From IMG/VR virus record IMGVR_UViG_3300034104_001787: a stretch of 20,000 bases of DNA; one strand, given 5' to 3'. Positions within the stretch are counted from its first letter, which is position 1, and every line of letters starts with the position of its first letter. Below the pieces are notes generated by a model. It did no database searches. It was not told the origin of the DNA and worked only from the letters and a program-made list of their open reading frames with translations. The DNA comes from an uncultured virus (IMG/VR IMGVR_UViG_3300034104_001787) (Duplodnaviria > Heunggongvirae > Uroviricota > Caudoviricetes). The translations under genes and the position numbers were made by a program. Shown piece after piece: positions 14,978 through 20,000 of the stretch.

Positions 14978-15217
14978 ATGGGATATTACAAAGACATCCG
15001 CATACGTCAGCGGATAGATGATTACTTACGGATTAATGCTGCTATACAGGCGAACCTTGGCACGAAGAGTAAGTTTGATATAGGCAGTAGAAGAGATGCC
15101 AAGACGATATGGATACAGTTACTAAGGGAGATTAGTTTATTGGATAAGGAATACTATCGGACGTTGGCATCTCCCAAGGAGCAGGAGTTGGTAAGTGCCT
15201 TAGATATTGGTAGTTGA
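14978..15217 (+). CDS. Hypothetical protein (79 aa), first gene of the rightward arm
   Basis: Helical ORF directly after a -7 promoter element. Confidence 0.7.
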   Translation: MGYYKDIRIRQRIDDYLRINAAIQANLGTKSKFDIGSRRDAKTIWIQLLREISLLDKEYYRTLASPKEQELVSALDIGS

Positions 15218-15236
15218 GGATATATGAATATATTTG
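15207..15236 (+). promoter_or_regulatory. Bacteroidota sigma promoter (-33 TTG, 19-nt spacer, -7 TATATTTG)
   Basis: TTG 15207-15209, spacer 15210-15228, TATATTTG 15229-15236, then an AT-rich leader without SD to ATG 15256. Confidence 0.7.
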
Positions 15237-15255
15237 AACTTTAAATAATAATATT

Positions 15256-15576
15256 ATGGAAGTAGTAACGCCGGGTGTAGAGTATAAGCTACACAATTTT
15301 AAATCGGAGAATGACTATCAGGTAATACGTTTTACGGAGAAGACGGCCTTGGGGTATAACGGGGGGACTACGAACGAGGAGGTTATTACTATGTTGATAG
15401 ATAGGATGTATGAGTTACAGAAGAAGAACTTCTCTGTAGAGAATCAGTGTATTATTATATTGTTGAAGAATATCAGGGTTCTCTTGAAGAAGAGGTTAGT
15501 AAAGAAGATTGACAGAGTAAGCAAATACGAGGGAAGCAATGGTACTAAATATAGCGACGAGTCCGAGGCTTCATAA
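15256..15576 (+). CDS. Tad1/Acb2-like protein (candidate immune-signal sponge), divergent
   Basis: EYKL...QVIRF...GTTNEEVITMLIDRM..LQ...FS.EN.C...KKR...IDR parallels the Tad1 pattern as recalled (EYVI...TIKF...G....LLEIVRDRL..FQ..PFSSRENAC...NRR..RIER). Confidence 0.6.
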   Translation: MEVVTPGVEYKLHNFKSENDYQVIRFTEKTALGYNGGTTNEEVITMLIDRMYELQKKNFSVENQCIIILLKNIRVLLKKRLVKKIDRVSKYEGSNGTKYSDESEAS

Positions 15577-15865
15577 GAGGCACTATCTGGAGTTGATGAA
15601 TGGGATATTGAAGTTGACTCCGAGGGAATTGGATTGTTTGTTATTGTTTATGGCTTTCGACCCTGAGGTAGCTTGTAGTACGGAGGCGAGGATCTCTGTA
15701 AGTAGGGAGATGAATTTCAGGAGTGTAGCTGTGATCAATAATTATGTGAAGAGTTTGAAGGATAAGGGGGTTATTATTTTGGGAGACGATGGTTTATATA
15801 GGTACAATTCGATAATACACGCACCTCCTATAGTAGATGATATTATATTCAGGTTTGTCATCTAA
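15539..15865 (+). CDS. Winged-HTH protein (RepL/MarR-like) of the crAss pre-terminase cluster
   Basis: LKLTPRELDCL...RISVSREMNF.SVAVINNYVKSLKDKGVII...GLYRYN wHTH pattern. Confidence 0.7.
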   Translation: MVLNIATSPRLHKRHYLELMNGILKLTPRELDCLLLFMAFDPEVACSTEARISVSREMNFRSVAVINNYVKSLKDKGVIILGDDGLYRYNSIIHAPPIVDDIIFRFVI

Positions 15866-16058
15866 CCGACCCAGCCATTATTTGGTATATGAGTTTGATG
15901 ATATAGGGGTGTTGATGGAGTTTGAGTTTGTGGTGTCTGTAAGGTTGGAGGAGATGGGGATTGTATACTATACGGAGATTTATATCGGACAATATGTTTA
16001 TCAATTAATGTTTGTGTTGTATGCCAAGAAAGAACTCGATAAAAGCGAAGATTTGTAA
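15837..16058 (+). CDS. Hypothetical protein (73 aa)
   Basis: Fills the gap between the HTH and IHF-like genes on the operon strand. Confidence 0.55.
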   Translation: MILYSGLSSNRPSHYLVYEFDDIGVLMEFEFVVSVRLEEMGIVYYTEIYIGQYVYQLMFVLYAKKELDKSEDL

Positions 16059-16296
16059 GGAGATTGCAAATGATTTGGGAGCGCATCCCGATGAGGTGCT
16101 TAGCATTGTGGAATCACAATTTGAGCATTTGAAGATGCATATGGAAGAAGGGGCTTTGACCAGTGTACGTCTTCCGTACTTTGGGAAGTTCTATGTTAAA
16201 CCGGGAAGGATATCACAGTTAAATTATGGGATTATTCAGAGAAGAAAACTTCAGGGTAATAGTGGACCCTCAGATACTCCTGATAGCGGAGTTTAA
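16021..16296 (+). CDS. IHF/HU-like DNA-binding protein
   Basis: ICKEIANDLG...VLSIVESQF...SVRLPYFGKFYVK histone-like fold motif; an IHF-like gene upstream of TerL is a crAss hallmark; ATG 16021. Confidence 0.8.
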   Translation: MPRKNSIKAKICKEIANDLGAHPDEVLSIVESQFEHLKMHMEEGALTSVRLPYFGKFYVKPGRISQLNYGIIQRRKLQGNSGPSDTPDSGV

Positions 16297-16786
16297 GTCG
16301 CTATATAGGAGAGACAGGACCAAAGAGAAGATAGTAGCTCCTAAGGAGTTTGGATATATCTACTTCGTTTATGATCACCGCAGCCCTTATATCATATATC
16401 CTGTGGAGGAGAGGACGACGCGGGTCAAGGCCGACTTGAAGTTGGTGGATTGGGAGGTGGATTCTTATGTCAAGGCAGCTATAGACAAGTACCTTGAGAT
16501 GAGTTCTACCCCCGAGGTAAAGACCCTTACGTCTATACGGGAAGGCCTGCTTACCTCCAGCAAGGTAATCGACACGTTACGTATCCGTATCGAAGATGCC
16601 CTCAAAGACGTAGATATGGAGGACATCGACCCCATTGTACGAAGCGTACAGCGTATGTTGGAGATAGCAGAGAAGCTTCCCAAAGCCATAGACAACATCT
16701 CTACGTTAGAGGATAAGATCAAGCGTCAGGAAACTACCGACACCAAGATCCGAGGAGGAGGTAAGAAGGGACAATTTGAAGATTGA
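16226..16786 (+). CDS. Conserved crAss-like protein upstream of TerL; putative terminase small subunit
   Basis: DRTKEK...EFGYIYFVYDHRSPY, long helical C-terminal half and KIRGG...FED tail; immediately precedes TerL. Confidence 0.6.
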   Translation: MGLFREENFRVIVDPQILLIAEFKSLYRRDRTKEKIVAPKEFGYIYFVYDHRSPYIIYPVEERTTRVKADLKLVDWEVDSYVKAAIDKYLEMSSTPEVKTLTSIREGLLTSSKVIDTLRIRIEDALKDVDMEDIDPIVRSVQRMLEIAEKLPKAIDNISTLEDKIKRQETTDTKIRGGGKKGQFED

Positions 16787-16787
16787 T

Positions 16788-18806
16788 ATGTTAGTCAATA
16801 CCCAAGAGTTTAGAAGAGATGCCCTGCACTTCCTTGAGCACGGCTTCTACTGCCCTGACCCTCCGGGAAGTTCTGCTCATTACGAGTATTGGACTACTCA
16901 GTTAGATAGGTGTATCAATGGCTACGAGGTCGGTGGTACTCGTATCACAGGGCACCACTACTTCTACCTCAACTTCGTACGAATAAAGCTCACAGAAGAC
17001 GCTGGTAAAGCTCAAAGCAAAGTGCTTACCTTTCCCTCGTTTTGGGATGGGGACTATGAGTTCTTCTGGCTGCTCGATATCGCTCGCAAAGGCATTGCGA
17101 AAGACGAGTATGAAAAGCTACGTCTTACGACCACTGTCGCAGATGGATTTATGGATGGAGGAAGGCACCTCATCGTAGGTAAGGCAAGACGTAAAGGATT
17201 TAGCTACAAGAACGCCGCGTTAGTAACCAACACCTTCAATACCGTAAGGAACAGTTATTCGCTGCTCTGTGCCTTCGACAAGAAGTACCTATACCCAAAA
17301 GGTATTATGGCGATGGTTACAGACAATATGAACTTCTTGAACGAGCATACGGGCTGGACTAAGAGAAGGCAGTTAACTGACAAGCAAAACCACCGTAAGG
17401 CAAGCTACTTAGAGTATATGGGAGGGCAACCCGTAGAGAAGGGATATAAGAGCGAAGTAGAAGCCCTTACGTTCCTTGACAACCCCGACGCTGCCAGAGG
17501 TAAAGATGCCAATATCGTGATCTTTGAGGAGTGTGGTGTATTCGACAACCTCAAGTCCTCCTATCTCGCTACCCAGCCGTGTGTGGAAGACGGTGATGTC
17601 GTTACTGGGCAGATCATCTTGTTTGGTACTGGTGGCGATATGACCGGAGGAACTATCGACTTCGAGTCTATGTTCTATAACCCGGAGGCATATAACCTGC
17701 TTCCTATAACCAACATCTGGGATGAAGGCTCACAACATCAGAATTGCGGCTTCTTCTTCCCTTGCTACCTTAATAAAGTTGGCTATATGGATTCATCGGG
17801 GAATAGCAACGTGGAGAAAGCCAAACAGTCGGAACTGGCTATACGGGAGCAGAAGCGTAGAGATTCTAAGGATGCTGGCGTACTTGACAAGTATGTGACG
17901 GAATACCCTTTCTGTCCCAAAGAGGCGTTTATGCAACAAAGCTCTAACCTCTTCCCATCTGCTATGATCTTGGACTGGAGAAACGAGATACTCAAGTCCG
18001 GATCTCTTGCAAATATTGCAACGGTTGGTAGGTTAGTAGACAGTAAGGAGGGGGTTAAGTTTAGGCCGGAACCTAACTTACGGGCTATCAGTAAGTTCCC
18101 TCACCAAAAGGGCGACGACTTGACTGGGGCTGTTGTAATCTACCAGTCACCTTACAAAGAAAACGACCAGATACCCGATGACCTGTACATCATTGCACAC
18201 GACCCCTATGCACAAGATGGGTATGGGCAATCGTTGGGTGCAGCGTATGTTATAAAACGCATAAATCCGTTCAGTAAACCGGATGATATGATCGTTGCCA
18301 GCTATATAGGAAGACCTGATACGCAGGATGAATACAATTATAACCTATTTTTGCTTGCAGAATACTATAATGCCCGTATCGGCTTTGAAAACGATAGGGG
18401 AGAAGTAATACCTTACGCTAAGAGAAACAGGTTACTTCAGTATTTAATGCCCGAAGTAGAAATTTTTGATAAGACGGACAACATCAAAATCAAAAAGTTA
18501 GGGCGTAGCTACGGTATGAGTATGGGAAGTAGAGAAAGAAAGGGCCAAGCGGAGATCTATTTGCGAGATTGGTTAAAGACACCACGCGCAATATCTCAAA
18601 CTGGCGAGAAGAAATGCAATCTTCATTATATATATGATGTAGCTTTGCTTGATGAGTTAATAAAATACAATAGAAGTGGAAACTTTGACCGTGTGTCAGC
18701 TATGATGGTGGGTATGTTCCACCTAAAAGAGTTGCACAACAGAGAATTGACTATAACAGAACAGACAAACAGCTCAAACTTTTTTGACCGCAACTTCTTT
18801 TCATAA
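16788..18806 (+). CDS. terL: Terminase large subunit (crAss-like)
   Basis: ITGHHYFYLNF, Walker A GKARRKGFS, Walker B VIFEECG, motif III FGTGG, RNase H-like nuclease IIAHDPY, FENDRG and GNFDRVSA; ATG 16788; no intron or intein evident. Confidence 0.96.
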   Translation: MLVNTQEFRRDALHFLEHGFYCPDPPGSSAHYEYWTTQLDRCINGYEVGGTRITGHHYFYLNFVRIKLTEDAGKAQSKVLTFPSFWDGDYEFFWLLDIARKGIAKDEYEKLRLTTTVADGFMDGGRHLIVGKARRKGFSYKNAALVTNTFNTVRNSYSLLCAFDKKYLYPKGIMAMVTDNMNFLNEHTGWTKRRQLTDKQNHRKASYLEYMGGQPVEKGYKSEVEALTFLDNPDAARGKDANIVIFEECGVFDNLKSSYLATQPCVEDGDVVTGQIILFGTGGDMTGGTIDFESMFYNPEAYNLLPITNIWDEGSQHQNCGFFFPCYLNKVGYMDSSGNSNVEKAKQSELAIREQKRRDSKDAGVLDKYVTEYPFCPKEAFMQQSSNLFPSAMILDWRNEILKSGSLANIATVGRLVDSKEGVKFRPEPNLRAISKFPHQKGDDLTGAVVIYQSPYKENDQIPDDLYIIAHDPYAQDGYGQSLGAAYVIKRINPFSKPDDMIVASYIGRPDTQDEYNYNLFLLAEYYNARIGFENDRGEVIPYAKRNRLLQYLMPEVEIFDKTDNIKIKKLGRSYGMSMGSRERKGQAEIYLRDWLKTPRAISQTGEKKCNLHYIYDVALLDELIKYNRSGNFDRVSAMMVGMFHLKELHNRELTITEQTNSSNFFDRNFFS

Positions 18807-18814
18807 AGTTACTG

Positions 18815-20000
18815 ATGTTTCAAATACCAAAACAAAAACTTCCCCGGTCTAAAAAGACCAAAAAATGGGGAGAGGAATGTATAAAGGCGTTTATCAATAG
18901 AAGTTCATTCAGCACTTCTACCAAGCATACCCTCCAGACGTATTACGAGGCCTATAACGGCAACTTAAAGGAGTCCGACTACAACTATGTCGTCAACCCT
19001 TATAATAGTGAATCTTGGGCCAAGAAAAACTTCCCAGCCCGACTCCGCAACTACAACATCATTAAGCCCGTTGTGGATCTTATGCTTGGCGAAAAGGCAA
19101 AACGTCCTGTAGCATACCAAGTAGTAGTGCGTAATGCAGACATCCAAACCCGTTTTGACGCATACCGCAAGGAGAAGTACAAAGAATACCTTGAGCAGAC
19201 CTTTATCAATGAGATGAACAAGGGAGGTATGGAGACAAACATACCTTCTGAGGAACAAGCTGCACCGGATGAGTATATGAGCATGGTTCTCTCTAACTAC
19301 AGAGACTCTCGTGCTATCGTAGGTCAGGAGGTATTGAACTATTTGTTTGATTGGTTGTCGTTAGAGGATAAGTTCCAGCTGGGATTCTTGGATTGGTTGG
19401 TTACTGGAGAGGTTTATACCTACAAGGATGTGTTGATGAATGATATCGAGTACGATATCGTTAGCCCGTTAGACCTTGACTTTGAAAAATCCCCAGACGT
19501 AGAGTTTATCGAAGACGCGGATTGGGTTGTACGTCGTAAGATAATGAGTATCAACGATGTAATTGACAAGTTCTACGATGTCCTTACTCCACAAGATATA
19601 GATAGGTTAGAGCAGCCCTCTGGAAAGTACCGGGATGGCTATGGTGGAGTACAATCTCTCTTTATCAATAAGCCTGAAGACGACGAGAGCGATCGTATGG
19701 TCGAGGTGCTTCACGTTTGTTGGAAGAGTTTTTCTCGTGTAGGTATCTTGAAGTATACCGACGAGTTTGGCAACCCACAGGAGATGGTTGTTGATGAGAC
19801 CCACAAGGCAGAAGAGAACGAAACGGTTGAGTTCTATTGGGTAAACGAGGTGTGGGAAGGATATCAGATTGACGGAGATATCTATGTGAACTTCGGCCCC
19901 CATAAAGTCCAGCGTAATCAGATGAATAATATCTCTGACTGCAAGCTGCCCTATAACGGACGTATCTACAGCAATCGCCATAGCGATAACATCAGCGTTG
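18815..20000 (+). CDS. Portal protein (partial, continues past the window)
   Basis: Not in the track because there is no stop in the window: MFQIPKQKLPRSKKTKKW...YNG...YNYVVNPY...PARLRNYNIIKPVVDLMLGEKAKRP, a typical crAss portal N-terminus; follows TerL. Confidence 0.92.
   Translation, partial: MFQIPKQKLPRSKKTKKWGEECIKAFINRSSFSTSTKHTLQTYYEAYNGNLKESDYNYVVNPYNSESWAKKNFPARLRNYNIIKPVVDLMLGEKAKRPVAYQVVVRNADIQTRFDAYRKEKYKEYLEQTFINEMNKGGMETNIPSEEQAAPDEYMSMVLSNYRDSRAIVGQEVLNYLFDWLSLEDKFQLGFLDWLVTGEVYTYKDVLMNDIEYDIVSPLDLDFEKSPDVEFIEDADWVVRRKIMSINDVIDKFYDVLTPQDIDRLEQPSGKYRDGYGGVQSLFINKPEDDESDRMVEVLHVCWKSFSRVGILKYTDEFGNPQEMVVDETHKAEENETVEFYWVNEVWEGYQIDGDIYVNFGPHKVQRNQMNNISDCKLPYNGRIYSNRHSDNISV

Noticed and set aside
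14424..15017. 197-aa + strand ORF spanning the divergence region
   Set aside because: Non-ATG start, antisense shadow of the GC-rich 14466-14783 gene, runs through hairpins and G-tracts, and has no protein-like motifs.
16788..20000. Active stop-codon reassignment, introns or inteins in TerL, portal or PolA (common in Crassvirales)
   Set aside because: Genes are continuous in code 11 at expected lengths; no intein-like insertions or fragmenting stops seen.

Overview
A 20 kb segment of a crAss-like (Crassvirales-type) phage genome with a probable Bacteroidota host, read in the standard genetic code. Positions 1-14783 are a leftward (minus-strand) early/replication arm. It holds a partial RusA-like gene, crAss-type primase, SSB plus Sak4-like AAA ATPase, DnaB helicase, a putative initiator/loader, an SF2 helicase, a DUF932-like protein and family A DNA polymerase. 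Beyond these lies an accessory array of small genes, including a RadC/JAB protein, a stand-alone FISUMP protein and membrane or secreted peptides. Two small, very basic genes sit antisense inside this arm. A G-tract-rich divergence point at about 14830-14975 separates it from the rightward packaging arm: small genes, an HTH protein, an IHF/HU-like protein, putative TerS, TerL and the 5' part of the portal. The most notable observations are a divergent Tad1/Acb2-like nucleotide-sponge candidate in the pre-terminase cluster, a compact H-type pseudoknot ahead of the FISUMP gene, two dense hairpin arrays, the antisense basic microproteins, and no TAG stop among 37 called complete genes. All family assignments come from motif recognition by eye; no database searches were run.
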